The notes beneath the pieces were generated by a model. That model was not told where the DNA came from. It was given only the letters and a program-made list of their open reading frames with translations, and searched no databases. The translations under genes were made by a program, and so were the position numbers. Positions 34,534 through 44,203 of a stretch of DNA of 64,000 nucleotides are shown here, piece after piece. Source of the stretch: a virus. How positions within the stretch are numbered: the first letter of the stretch is position 1; every line of letters starts with the position of its first letter. The stretch is from IMG/VR virus record IMGVR_UViG_3300030041_000010, one strand, 5' to 3'.

Positions 34534-36840
34534 ATGGCGCAACTGGTTAACAACAACTCCGAGTATTACCGCGACCCGTTACACTCTCCGAGTGCTCCGA
34601 ACAACGCAGAAGAGGCATATCAAGCCTTTGCTGCCACTGTTCTGAGCGTGGACTGGGAGCGCGAAGTTGTTAGTCTAGTGGATTTAAGAACCAACTCGGT
34701 TCTAGTGGACGTAAACATCCTTCCTTGTGTTGCAAACTCGGGAGAGTCCACGGATGTAACCATGCCAGAAGAGGGCTCAACATACCTTTGCCTCCCAGTT
34801 CAGTACACCAAGGGATACATGCGGGTTGCACTCGTCACTCCAATCCTTACAGACACTGTACGCGCTAAGGATGCCATTGGTTATCGACTGCTGGATAAAA
34901 CCCCGGTGTACAACGTCCGTAAGAGGGGAAACTATCGGAAGGCATACCCCGGTCAGCAATCCGTATCTATGTCCTCAGGTTACACCGAAAAGAAGGACGG
35001 TGGTTGGGACAAGTCTTCACAGGATTTGAGCCGAGACTGGCTCAACATTCATCGTCGTCAATGGACGCAGATGACAGGACGACGAGTGACATACACAGAC
35101 TCAGGGTTGACCTTTCAAGGCTCTGTGAGCCGCCCTGACGCGGCGACAGTAACCCCGGTCACCCTCCCGGATGGTTCCAAGGAATCTGTCGTGTATCTCC
35201 AGCCCGGAGCCCAACCCAGCGACCGTGCGCTGAGTGGGAAGCAGGATGTAATACCCTTCACGGAAAACATGACCCGTGTGCAGGAATACGCTTTGGATTA
35301 CCCTCTACCTTCAGAGATACTCCAAACTGATTTACTGGATTTTGTTTTAGGCACGACGGCTGATCCATGGGCACGCACCTCCATTAAAACCACGGGTGGG
35401 ATTTCTTTTGATAGTGAATCCTACCTCGTCAGCCAAAGTTACGATCATCCGGTTTCCGGCACCCCCCTTGGGCCAACCCTTAATGAAGGAATCACCCCTC
35501 AACGTCGTGGGTTCATTGTTGAAAGCGCAACAGGCACCTTGGTGGGTTACAACCGCTTCGACAAAAGCACGTATGGTAATGTGCTCAAGCCGGTTCTCAC
35601 CCCCTACACCCAACTTGGACGTTTCGGTGCCGACGTTGAGTCAGGATATCTAACAGTTAATGCATCGACTGACCACGTGGAAGCTCGTCTCGCGGCTGCG
35701 GCTTTCGCTTTGAGATTCCCTTACGAACAGAATACCACCCGGTTCGATGTTACCAAGGAGGGCTTCACCTCCTTTGAAATCGGGGCTACGCTGCCCAAGG
35801 AGAACATCCCACTGGCTGGAGGATATGAGCACCCACATGGGGCTGGCCGGTCGCTGGAAGGGCATCTTGTGGGCTCCCTGAAGCTGATTGTAGGTAAGAA
35901 TCGAGATGAAGAAGACGCCATCGACCTTCAAGCTCTCGGTCAGACCATACTTCGCCTTGGAGCCGACGACACCTCGCTACCTAACCGGGGTCGAACTGTG
36001 ATGACTCAGACCCGCAGCAAAGGGGATGCGGTACAGAATAGGACACTTAATTATTGGTCGGCCCCTAAGTGTGGAATTGGAGATGCCGGAGTTTTGACCA
36101 ACAAGACAGGCATGGAGAACATTTCATTGCGTATGGGGTTGGACGGGGGACTCGTTGCTCGTGTGGGAGCCCGTGATCCTTCTGTGCTTCGTAAGCATTT
36201 GATAAATGGCTATCAGGACGGTCCGGGCAAGACCGCCTATCCGGCAACTAGTTCAAGCCGCATCGACTCACATTCACCCGGTCGTCCGGTATACGCCTCA
36301 GGAGATGCCACGTATCGGTTTAATGACCTTACACAGGTAGGCACTCCACAGATGCCAGAGATTGCAGGGTACTATGCGTGGAGTGGTAAACCTGTAACGA
36401 AGGCCGATGCAACTGGGCTTTCTGTGGACTTGCACGCGGTGCGAGATATTCTTTTGCGTGTCGGAGCCAACGCCGATGGTCAATCTCTATTGCTTGACTT
36501 TCTCGGAGGTATAGTAGCGGCTCTTGGAGCAGACACCTACGGTCGTTCCATTACAGCGGCTCTGGCCGGTGGTGCCGAGATAACCATTCAGCCCAACAAG
36601 CAGGGTAAGGCACTCCGTTTGGAAATTAACGGCGACATCGACATCACACATAAGGGGAACTTGCAGTATTTATGCACAGGGGATTTTATCACTGAATGCA
36701 CCACGTTGCGTCATATCACAAAGACTGATGAGGTCAGGTCGGCTCAAAAGATTATTCACTCAGCCTTGACGCGGTGTACGATTGAGGCCCCAGACATCGT
36801 TCACAATCAAGGACTCTATCAGTCAGACGAGGATAGCTAA
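34534..36840 (+). CDS. putative baseplate central spike (gp5/gpV-like)
   Basis: N-terminal OB-like region with MPEEGS, C-terminal beta-helix-like repeats; follows the hub. Confidence 0.6.
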   Translation: MAQLVNNNSEYYRDPLHSPSAPNNAEEAYQAFAATVLSVDWEREVVSLVDLRTNSVLVDVNILPCVANSGESTDVTMPEEGSTYLCLPVQYTKGYMRVALVTPILTDTVRAKDAIGYRLLDKTPVYNVRKRGNYRKAYPGQQSVSMSSGYTEKKDGGWDKSSQDLSRDWLNIHRRQWTQMTGRRVTYTDSGLTFQGSVSRPDAATVTPVTLPDGSKESVVYLQPGAQPSDRALSGKQDVIPFTENMTRVQEYALDYPLPSEILQTDLLDFVLGTTADPWARTSIKTTGGISFDSESYLVSQSYDHPVSGTPLGPTLNEGITPQRRGFIVESATGTLVGYNRFDKSTYGNVLKPVLTPYTQLGRFGADVESGYLTVNASTDHVEARLAAAAFALRFPYEQNTTRFDVTKEGFTSFEIGATLPKENIPLAGGYEHPHGAGRSLEGHLVGSLKLIVGKNRDEEDAIDLQALGQTILRLGADDTSLPNRGRTVMTQTRSKGDAVQNRTLNYWSAPKCGIGDAGVLTNKTGMENISLRMGLDGGLVARVGARDPSVLRKHLINGYQDGPGKTAYPATSSSRIDSHSPGRPVYASGDATYRFNDLTQVGTPQMPEIAGYYAWSGKPVTKADATGLSVDLHAVRDILLRVGANADGQSLLLDFLGGIVAALGADTYGRSITAALAGGAEITIQPNKQGKALRLEINGDIDITHKGNLQYLCTGDFITECTTLRHITKTDEVRSAQKIIHSALTRCTIEAPDIVHNQGLYQSDEDS

Positions 36841-36998
36841 TGAATGTCTATTACGCAGTTGAATTCGATAGGGATATGGTATGCTTCATCGCGATGAGTC
36901 TTGATTACTCCGTGGTTATGGTTAAAACAGAGGAGTATATGAGTGGGAGTTGTTACGAATGGAGTTTGAATGAAAATACGAATCCATGTAGGGATTGA
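36840..36998 (+). CDS. small hypothetical protein (52 aa)
   Basis: TAATG coupling to the upstream gene; manual translation MNVYYAVEFDRDM... Confidence 0.4.
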   Translation: MNVYYAVEFDRDMVCFIAMSLDYSVVMVKTEEYMSGSCYEWSLNENTNPCRD

Positions 36999-37018
36999 TT
37001 CTGTGCGGGAGCTAATGA

Positions 37019-40006
37019 ATGTCTAGTACAGGATTGCCACCGGGTTTGCAAGCTGCTGAACTCTGGCCGATTAAGGCCAAGGGCGCGGTGCAGCGTCTAA
37101 ACCCTCTTGGTGATCCGGCTGTCGAGCAGTTCTACCACCAAGCGATGGAGCAGGGACGTTTTGCTGAGAGAAGCATTGCTGACGCTCAGCACTGGCTTGC
37201 TCAAAAACAAAAAGACTTGATGCAAAAGATTCTCATTCACACCCGTGTGAACTCTCTCGCGGTGAATGGGCAATTGTCGAACCCGGCTAGGGCTATTAAA
37301 TACGTCGCCGACTCGGGCACAATCATCCGGGACATCAATCAGTTTCAGAATGAAATCACTGGTCTTATAATGGCGGTCACTCAGAACATCGCCATCCTTA
37401 AGGGTATTGAGTCCAGCATGTTGTCTTTGGTAACCCAAAACCTAAACTCACTCGCTAATATTCTTCAGCAGATATGCAATTGGCATCTACCCACATTGGC
37501 CTCTCTACCTAATTTGCTCAAGGACACTATCTGGCATTGGAACGGGGTGATCTTCGCGCCTCTATCTTCTTTTGAAACCCTTCTTAATACGATAGAGAGT
37601 TTGGGTAAGCTCAGCAACCTGACTTCCATTCCCTCACTGCTGTCCAATTTTAATTTCAGCCATTGCATCTTGTTAAGCCCAACACTCCCAAGTACAGGCA
37701 CGGGCGCGACCACCGGACTCACGAATCAACCCCCTCCTGCGAGTGTCACAACTTACAGTGGATTGAACCTTGGCACCACACTGATTGTGCCTCCACTAAG
37801 CGGCACAATTTCCACGGGGAATGAAACAGTGGCTCAGATGCAAGCACTGACTTCTGTCCCAGTGTATTTATCCCCAGTTGCATCGGCACCCGTGCCACCG
37901 GCTACATTTCCGAACCCATTCAATGTGAACAGTTCCATGCTTGGTTCGGTGCCTGACCCGACAACGATCATCTCTAATTATCAGATGCCGCCGACAACGT
38001 ATCAGGACAATATTGTTTGTGTAGTTCCACAAACTCGATCCGTTTCAACTCCCAACGATTTGCAAAAGGCGTTGGCTGAGTATATCAATTTGGGTACGAT
38101 TGTTAAATCCAACTTCGACCCTAACATGACAGCAGAGTGGTTGTTTTATTTGAATCTCAATCGTGTAGGGCGTGCTGGAACATGGTTGTCAAGCTTCCAG
38201 TCGGCTTACACAACGTTTGTGATCCCCTCTCTCAACTATTTGGCTAACAATCCTGTGCCTTGGAATTGTGTTCTACCAAGTACAGCGGTTAATGACACAC
38301 CAACTGCGATTCCTTTACTGGCAAACCTCACGACTAATCCGACATTTGTGCAAGGGAATATTCTCTGGATGTTGTCATATATTGAAGCCAGTCTACTGGG
38401 TTACACTCGCAACACAACGTGGGATGCCTACGCCAGTGGGGACTTTGTTTCGGGATTCACGGGTACTGATTTGGATTATCGGTCAACAGCGATTAACACA
38501 GCAACGACAACGACTGTAATTCTTGGAGAAACAACGGCCACCTACCCGGTACCTTGTACATTTCCTTCCGCCATGGGGGCTGTGTTGCAAGAAGTCATCG
38601 CGATTGCAGCTATCAACATTCAGAACACTCCCAGCTATACCACAAATCGACCTCAGTTCAAGTATGTTTACAACCAGTTTGCCGTTGCTGCTGAGGTTGA
38701 CCGCTTCTCACAGTTTTGGAGAACGTTCAATGCGAACCTACAAGCTCTGTTGCTTCAAGACTCTTATCTGATTCAGTTTGTTGCCACGTATTCAGCTTCT
38801 CTGGATTCAGCGATAGACCCACTGGGTGATCCAACAATCTACAATCAACTCCAGACTGATGCTGCCACACGTAATCGTAGTTGGACGCCGGGAGATGAGT
38901 TGCTTACACTCCCTGTGGTACCTAACGTGAGTTACACCACTACGAATAATCCAACAAACACTGGGTGGACGGGTGTTTCATTTGACCCAGTCACATATCT
39001 CAGCCGTCCGGATATTCAACAACTCCCAATTCCAGTGCAGGTTGCCATGCTCCGCACTAATTTGAGCTATGCGGCGACATTAGAAATGGCCTCGGCGGTA
39101 AGTACAGCGATTCAAAATTCGATTCAACAAAGCCAAGCCATTGTCCAGAGTTTTCAAAATGTCGGGTTCTCGGTGGAGGTTGATGCAGCCTCTGATGTGG
39201 TGCCGGTGGGTTCCTCAGGACTTCAGGTGTCCTTCGATCATATCAACTATGATATGAGTGGAAATGTTACGAGCCCTGATACTTTCACAATTCAGACAAC
39301 AGGTAATTACGCTGTTAACGTAACATTGAATTGGGGATCAGGGGTAGCTGGCGTTCGCACCGGCACTGTGTTTTTGAATGGGGCCACTGTGCTTGCTGCT
39401 TCCTCCACAGAGGGTACTCAAGCAGGTCCAACCTCTCTTCAAATATCCCTCACGTCGTATTTCAATCAAGGGGATGTCATGACAGTGGTGGCTACGCATA
39501 ACCTTGTTACATCTCAGACCATCGTTGCCGGAAGCGCCGTTACTGCTACGCTCACAGATACGACAGTTCCAAGCACAAGCACGGGTGTTCCGTCTAACAC
39601 GGGCACAAGCTCCACACGAACCTTTATAGCAGATGCCACGCTCGTCCCACTCACTGCCCTTGCAGTAGGCTCAGATGGTAAAGTAACAGCTATTGATCCC
39701 ACTACGGTTCAGACGAACGGTGGCGACCCTATCTATCCAATTGTCACTGGCGTCTCGTTGTCGTCAGCGACTACGGGGGAGAGTGTTACTGTGGCGACTT
39801 ATTACGGCGGTGTGTATGAGTACGACAGTGCCAGCTTCACAGTCGGCGGGTTGCTTTATGCGGGGGTGGGTGGTGTTCTCACGCAGGACTATGCTACCAT
39901 CATTTCAACTTGTCAATGGGTTGTGGTCGTAGGCCGTGCTATCGCATCGAACCAGTTCATCTACGAACCACACATTCCAAATTTGACTAACCTTGGGACT
40001 TTTTAA
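37019..40006 (+). CDS. virion structural protein with C1q-like and cement-like C-terminal domains
   Basis: VSFD...FTIQTTGNYAV...YFNQGD C1q-like pattern; S/T-rich. Confidence 0.55.
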   Translation: MSSTGLPPGLQAAELWPIKAKGAVQRLNPLGDPAVEQFYHQAMEQGRFAERSIADAQHWLAQKQKDLMQKILIHTRVNSLAVNGQLSNPARAIKYVADSGTIIRDINQFQNEITGLIMAVTQNIAILKGIESSMLSLVTQNLNSLANILQQICNWHLPTLASLPNLLKDTIWHWNGVIFAPLSSFETLLNTIESLGKLSNLTSIPSLLSNFNFSHCILLSPTLPSTGTGATTGLTNQPPPASVTTYSGLNLGTTLIVPPLSGTISTGNETVAQMQALTSVPVYLSPVASAPVPPATFPNPFNVNSSMLGSVPDPTTIISNYQMPPTTYQDNIVCVVPQTRSVSTPNDLQKALAEYINLGTIVKSNFDPNMTAEWLFYLNLNRVGRAGTWLSSFQSAYTTFVIPSLNYLANNPVPWNCVLPSTAVNDTPTAIPLLANLTTNPTFVQGNILWMLSYIEASLLGYTRNTTWDAYASGDFVSGFTGTDLDYRSTAINTATTTTVILGETTATYPVPCTFPSAMGAVLQEVIAIAAINIQNTPSYTTNRPQFKYVYNQFAVAAEVDRFSQFWRTFNANLQALLLQDSYLIQFVATYSASLDSAIDPLGDPTIYNQLQTDAATRNRSWTPGDELLTLPVVPNVSYTTTNNPTNTGWTGVSFDPVTYLSRPDIQQLPIPVQVAMLRTNLSYAATLEMASAVSTAIQNSIQQSQAIVQSFQNVGFSVEVDAASDVVPVGSSGLQVSFDHINYDMSGNVTSPDTFTIQTTGNYAVNVTLNWGSGVAGVRTGTVFLNGATVLAASSTEGTQAGPTSLQISLTSYFNQGDVMTVVATHNLVTSQTIVAGSAVTATLTDTTVPSTSTGVPSNTGTSSTRTFIADATLVPLTALAVGSDGKVTAIDPTTVQTNGGDPIYPIVTGVSLSSATTGESVTVATYYGGVYEYDSASFTVGGLLYAGVGGVLTQDYATIISTCQWVVVVGRAIASNQFIYEPHIPNLTNLGTF

Positions 40007-40032
40007 AGGTATTAAAGAGATAGTGAGGCACA

Positions 40033-40206
40033 ATGGCTGATGCTATTTTGGTCGGTGAAGTATTGGTTATTCCAACTACCAAGGTGTGTGAGTGTGGACG
40101 TAAGTGTATAGATTATGCTTCAAACTACTTAGACCCTTATGTAGTTTGTAGCGGGTGCTTAGAGGATATTTGCACTTGTTCTAAACTTCGACGGAGGAAA
40201 TCATGA
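40033..40206 (+). CDS. small Cys-rich protein (57 aa)
   Basis: Manual translation MADAILVGEVLVIPTTKVCECGRKC...CSGC...CTC; GAGG ribosome-binding site. Confidence 0.5.
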   Translation: MADAILVGEVLVIPTTKVCECGRKCIDYASNYLDPYVVCSGCLEDICTCSKLRRRKS

Positions 40207-40409
40207 AAGTGTTAGTTTTGCAGGATGATTTGTTTACCTATCTTCAGCACGTTATACGTGCTTACGCCGGTAGCGGCATCGACCCAGATGAAGGTTTAGC
40301 CGTTTACCAACTTAGTCAGGCACTCAAAGTCGTTAAGACGGTGGACGACGCTCTCATTGCGAAGCCAGAGGCCCCGGAAAACGTAGATGGGGAAAAATCG
40401 AAGGGCTAG
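40203..40409 (+). CDS. hypothetical protein
   Basis: GGAGG ribosome-binding site. Confidence 0.65.
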   Translation: MKVLVLQDDLFTYLQHVIRAYAGSGIDPDEGLAVYQLSQALKVVKTVDDALIAKPEAPENVDGEKSKG

Positions 40410-40414
40410 AGCTT

Positions 40415-40747
40415 ATGCTATATAACGAGCAGTGGGATCAGGAAACTATTGACCGGATGATACCGGACTTGTCTGAACGGCTGCACTTAGTGACGATGGT
40501 TGTCCATGCGAGAGACTACCTACGCTCAAGCAGTGGAGTATATGCCGACCGCATGAACGCTATTGGAATCCTCGGCGACGGATTGAAAAACATGTTAGAG
40601 CGTGGGGCCACGGGACTCGAATGGTGGACACTCAGACATCGCCTGACCGGCAAAGAACTTCAATCAAACGATTGGTTGGACAAATATAAAACCAGTTGGA
40701 TCACCGCTCGTGAGGCCGAGGACAAGCGGAACAACAAGCAGCGTTAA
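40415..40747 (+). CDS. hypothetical protein
   Basis: ORF track. Confidence 0.6.
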   Translation: MLYNEQWDQETIDRMIPDLSERLHLVTMVVHARDYLRSSSGVYADRMNAIGILGDGLKNMLERGATGLEWWTLRHRLTGKELQSNDWLDKYKTSWITAREAEDKRNNKQR

Positions 40748-41517
40748 TCCAATAGCTGACTAAAGTTCACGGTCGCGCCGTGAACAATTCCAGTTCGACA
40801 CGCAATAGAACCACGCCGGGAGAAAGTATCCCATACGTATTGAGGGTTGGAGAGTAGACTGCGGCTGTATGCATAGTATAGTAGTTGTGTCGCCAGCGGA
40901 TCATTCTGCACAGCAAGCTCCCACATTCCTGCACACTTCAAGTCATGTTGTTGAGCATAATCCAAGGCATTGACGATGCTTGGCACCACGCCGGGGGCAA
41001 GAGGAGCCACTTTACTCATCCCTCCGCTCTGAGTTACAAGGTCAAAGAAGAACGATATGACACGGGTGTTACTCGCATTGTTGGGGAAAAATCGAAGGGC
41101 TAGAGCCTGAGCTTGATGTAGTATAGTGTTCGTCGCGTAGGCCACCTGAGCATCGATGGACGCTTGTTGCTTTAACATAGCTTGCCAACAAACTTTCGCT
41201 GCCGGGTCAACGTTGGTGGTACCGTCTTGAATATAATGTTGGATACACCACTGAATAGCTTCTGCTGGCTGCAAAGAGGCAAATTGTTTGATGTTGGATT
41301 TGAAGTAGGTTTGCATCTTCGGCCATGTCATGGTCGCGGCAATATCGGTGAGTAGGACTTGAAGTGTACCTGACCCAGCATTCCATTGCAGAATTCCGGC
41401 TGACATTCCCATGCCATCAGAGTTCCCAGCTAGTGTATCGTATGCGGGAATCCCATCCTCAAACGTTCCTGTGATTTTGACGCACAGTTCGACCAGACTT
41501 TTGTTATCCATAAACAA
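40744..41517 (-). CDS. putative lysozyme-like peptidoglycan hydrolase (endolysin candidate)
   Basis: ITGTFE...GNSDGMGMSAGILQWN...GTL...FD...Q.G lysozyme-superfamily-like pattern. Confidence 0.6.
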   Translation of the reverse strand: MFMDNKSLVELCVKITGTFEDGIPAYDTLAGNSDGMGMSAGILQWNAGSGTLQVLLTDIAATMTWPKMQTYFKSNIKQFASLQPAEAIQWCIQHYIQDGTTNVDPAAKVCWQAMLKQQASIDAQVAYATNTILHQAQALALRFFPNNASNTRVISFFFDLVTQSGGMSKVAPLAPGVVPSIVNALDYAQQHDLKCAGMWELAVQNDPLATQLLYYAYSRSLLSNPQYVWDTFSRRGSIACRTGIVHGATVNFSQLLD

Positions 41518-41525
41518 TCCTCTAC

Positions 41526-41729
41526 TTAGCAGTTAGTAGAGGTCTTTTTGCGGGTCTTTATCCAGACTTGAATTCTTTCACGATGGGGTGGAACATGGGT
41601 GCTTCCCCAGCGGTTTCGGAGGTCTAAACACTCGTCTGTTTTCTCAACATGACACCGGGGACAGTTGGTGGTTTTTACCACCTCATCGTCTGTTGTCATG
41701 CTAATTCGCACTTCACTGTCAGTTTTCAC
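41526..41729 (-). CDS. small zinc-finger-like protein
   Basis: CPRC...C...HRER. Confidence 0.55.
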   Translation of the reverse strand: MKTDSEVRISMTTDDEVVKTTNCPRCHVEKTDECLDLRNRWGSTHVPPHRERIQVWIKTRKKTSTNC

Positions 41730-41910
41730 GTTTACGCACCAGCTTGACCGGCTCCTTCAGGAATACCTTGTACCAAGACATGTGGTCCCAGCCACCATTA
41801 TCATTGCGTTGCTTTACACTGACGGTAGTGTCACAGTCCCGGACAACCTCGGCTTCATCCTCGCAGAAATAAACAATGTCGCCCGGTTCAAATGTGGGGA
41901 GTTGTTCCAT
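41719..41910 (-). CDS. hypothetical protein
   Basis: ATG at 41910 lies in the T-loop of the truncated tRNA-Lys. Confidence 0.55.
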   Translation of the reverse strand: MEQLPTFEPGDIVYFCEDEAEVVRDCDTTVSVKQRNDNGGWDHMSWYKVFLKEPVKLVRKREN

Positions 41911-41969
41911 TCGAACCTGCATCTCAACGCTTAAAAGGCGAGTCCTCTATCCGATTGAGTTACAGTCCC
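41909..41969 (-). pseudogene. 3'-truncated tRNA-Lys(TTT)
   Basis: GGGACTG-TAACTCAATCGGATAGAG...CGC-CTTTTAA-GCG...GCAGG-TTCGAAT, then the sequence switches to coding. Confidence 0.65.
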
Positions 41970-41970
41970 G

Positions 41971-42047
41971 TGGTCCCCATCGTGGGATTCGAACCCACAC
42001 TGAGCGGATTTTAAGTCCGGTTCCTCTGCCAGTTGGGATACATGGGG
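41971..42047 (-). tRNA. tRNA-Leu(TAA) with a short variable loop
   Basis: CGGA-CTTAAAA-TCCG, T-arm GTGGG-TTCGAAT-CCCAC, A73, CCA. Confidence 0.82.
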
Positions 42048-42270
42048 ATAGCTTGTAATACCTTAATCCCACTCGGGGTCTAGTTCTTGAGACAAGCGAT
42101 GCAACACATAGTATGCTTGTATCTGCCCCTCTGCATACGCATCCGACCATCTATCTGATTGCCATGCTTCTAGTACATGCTTGGCAGCGTTCCAGACCAT
42201 ACGGCTAGCTAGTTGGTCCATAGTCTATGCCTCCATACCTACAATCTTCTCTCTAAGTTTATCAACAACT

Positions 42271-42573
42271 TCATCCGTCATTCTCCTTAATCGAAGTTCT
42301 GGTTATATGCTTGTGATTCATAAAGCCCCAGTTTCCACTGGGTTTGGCGTGGTCATTGAAGTAGGTACAGCCGTCGCAGAGCGGAGAACCACAAACAAAC
42401 TGTCCAGCGTAGTCGCACTCTTTGGTTGCCTGAGCCCCACACACCACGCAGACCTCTGCCTTATGCTTGGCACAGAACCGACCGTCAGTAGCCTCAGCGG
42501 CACATCTCCCACACCACGCAACGTTAAAAATACAGTTCTCCATCACTAGCCTTTCTTGAGTCTGGACTTCCAC
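42271..42573 (-). CDS. Cys-rich hypothetical protein
   Basis: Multiple CxxC/CxxH motifs; probable start at MENCIF. Confidence 0.65.
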   Translation of the reverse strand: MEVQTQERLVMENCIFNVAWCGRCAAEATDGRFCAKHKAEVCVVCGAQATKECDYAGQFVCGSPLCDGCTYFNDHAKPSGNWGFMNHKHITRTSIKENDG

Positions 42574-43478
42574 CGCTCCTGTGTTTCGGCACCACCGTAC
42601 ATCAGGGGTTGAGCTTTCCAGTTCGTAATTCTTTCGGTGACTTCTTCGATGTCGGTGGTGAGGTGGTGAATCGCACTTTCAGTAGTATAAATCAAAGTCT
42701 CCCGCCGCCGTTCATACTCTCGTGAACCCTTCAGATAGACACGTTCTTCACTCTCATACCGTCCAAAGGTTTTGTGGATTTGAACTGTCTCGCGTAGCTC
42801 AGACATCTCACTACCTTGTAGCTGGGTAAGGTATTGCTTCCGATTTTTAAGGAGTGTCTCCATCACTGATTTGAATGCAATCGCCCCATCAGGGGATAAT
42901 TCCCACGCTTTGTAATCGTGCCCCATGCACATTCCAATATGGCCACAGTCGCGAGGTCTAGTATACCCATGAGCAACCAAAGTGCTATCAAAGGTGAGCT
43001 TCTGCCGCTTCATGCAGACGGGGCAGATGCCTGTGTTGGTGACATCTTTTTCGACAGGATTCTCGGATGGCTTGCGTCCTTTTACAATGAATGGTTTGAC
43101 TGTTTTGAGTAGTTCGGCCAACACGGCGGCTTCTTCAAGGGCTTGAAGGTAGGGTTTCAACTCAGGGGCTTTCTTAACAGCCTTCAGTTTTTTAACATAG
43201 CCGGGGGCATAGCTGAGTTGATTAACGGGGAGGTTATGACGGGGGTCGTTGTCACTCCATGTCCTGTAAATCTCACTCCCACCGCAGGGGTAGTATTGGT
43301 TATAAAGGGAATTACTTACTTCCTCCCACACCCGACCAAGCCAATGTTTTGCATCTTCGTAATCTACATTCCAGACATGCTTCCTCTGGATACCCTCATT
43401 GAGGGCTACGACCGATGTTTCAAACTTGACTTTAAACCTCTCGTCAAGAAGCAGGGCGGAAATAATCGGAAAGTCCAT
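42546..43478 (-). CDS. phage hypothetical protein with CxxC...H...C motif
   Basis: 310 aa; GICPVC...AHGY...C. Confidence 0.75.
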   Translation of the reverse strand: MDFPIISALLLDERFKVKFETSVVALNEGIQRKHVWNVDYEDAKHWLGRVWEEVSNSLYNQYYPCGGSEIYRTWSDNDPRHNLPVNQLSYAPGYVKKLKAVKKAPELKPYLQALEEAAVLAELLKTVKPFIVKGRKPSENPVEKDVTNTGICPVCMKRQKLTFDSTLVAHGYTRPRDCGHIGMCMGHDYKAWELSPDGAIAFKSVMETLLKNRKQYLTQLQGSEMSELRETVQIHKTFGRYESEERVYLKGSREYERRRETLIYTTESAIHHLTTDIEEVTERITNWKAQPLMYGGAETQERWKSRLKKG

Positions 43479-43561
43479 ACTTCAATACTACCAAGGATAA
43501 ACTGGATTTGTCAAAAAATTATTGATAAACCCAGTTTGTCCCGTTGAATATACGGGCAATG

Positions 43562-43954
43562 TCACCACCACTCAAGCGAACGATAAGACAAGTAGTGTTG
43601 TCGAGTTCGCGACAATGCTTCCACTCTCGGATTTATACTGATGCAGATCGGCAGTCTGGCCGAGTTACTGGCATTCATGTTCTCTGCATCAACCGTTGAC
43701 GAGGCAGCAAGGTTTGAAATCTCAAAAGCAGTTTGTTGGTTTGCACAACTACTGGTTCCCCATCCGCCGCCGGTAACGTTAGTAGCAAGATACACCCCGT
43801 TGTGGAAGAAGCCAGAAGTGGCACTGGCAACAAGAGTGTATGTGTTGCTCAAACTATCGGTTAATCCAGTCTGAACGTTGCACAATACAAGAATCGCATT
43901 ACCCGCCGTTACGTTTGACGGGAAGTTACCGCTGGTGTTCGTTTGCTGAACGTG
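43562..43954 (-). pseudogene. start-less fragment of a fibre/structural domain, in frame after a TGA
   Basis: HVQQTNTSGNFPSNVTAGNAILV resembles LVQT...NFPSVTKAGNLLV at the N-terminus of 48156..49514. Confidence 0.5.
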
Positions 43955-44203
43955 TCACCGTAGGACGTTTGCCCAGTTGATGTGCGTCACGATGTCGGTG
44001 ATTAGGCCCCCCATGATCAGGCCTATCCCCGTTAAAATGAGGTTTATTTTGTTTTCAAGCGTGGACACACGAACTGTAAGAGGTTGCACCCCATTGCCCT
44101 CGATCACAATTCGATTTAAGGTTCTGATTTGGTTTTCTAATTCGGTGGTGTGGGATTCTTCCATTTTGTTCCCTTTCATGTCTAATTTTTTATTGCACTC
44201 CAT
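43955..44203 (-). CDS. small coiled-coil plus single transmembrane protein (holin/hemolysin-like candidate)
   Basis: RVSTLENK followed by hydrophobic LILTGIGLIMGGLI. Confidence 0.5.
   Translation of the reverse strand: MECNKKLDMKGNKMEESHTTELENQIRTLNRIVIEGNGVQPLTVRVSTLENKINLILTGIGLIMGGLITDIVTHINWANVLR

Noticed and set aside
40388-41107. GGGGAAAAATCGAAGGGCTAGAGC present at about 40389 and about 41083
   Set aside because: A real 24-nt duplication, but with only two copies, both in coding sequence, and no mechanism I can support; probably a recombination trace.
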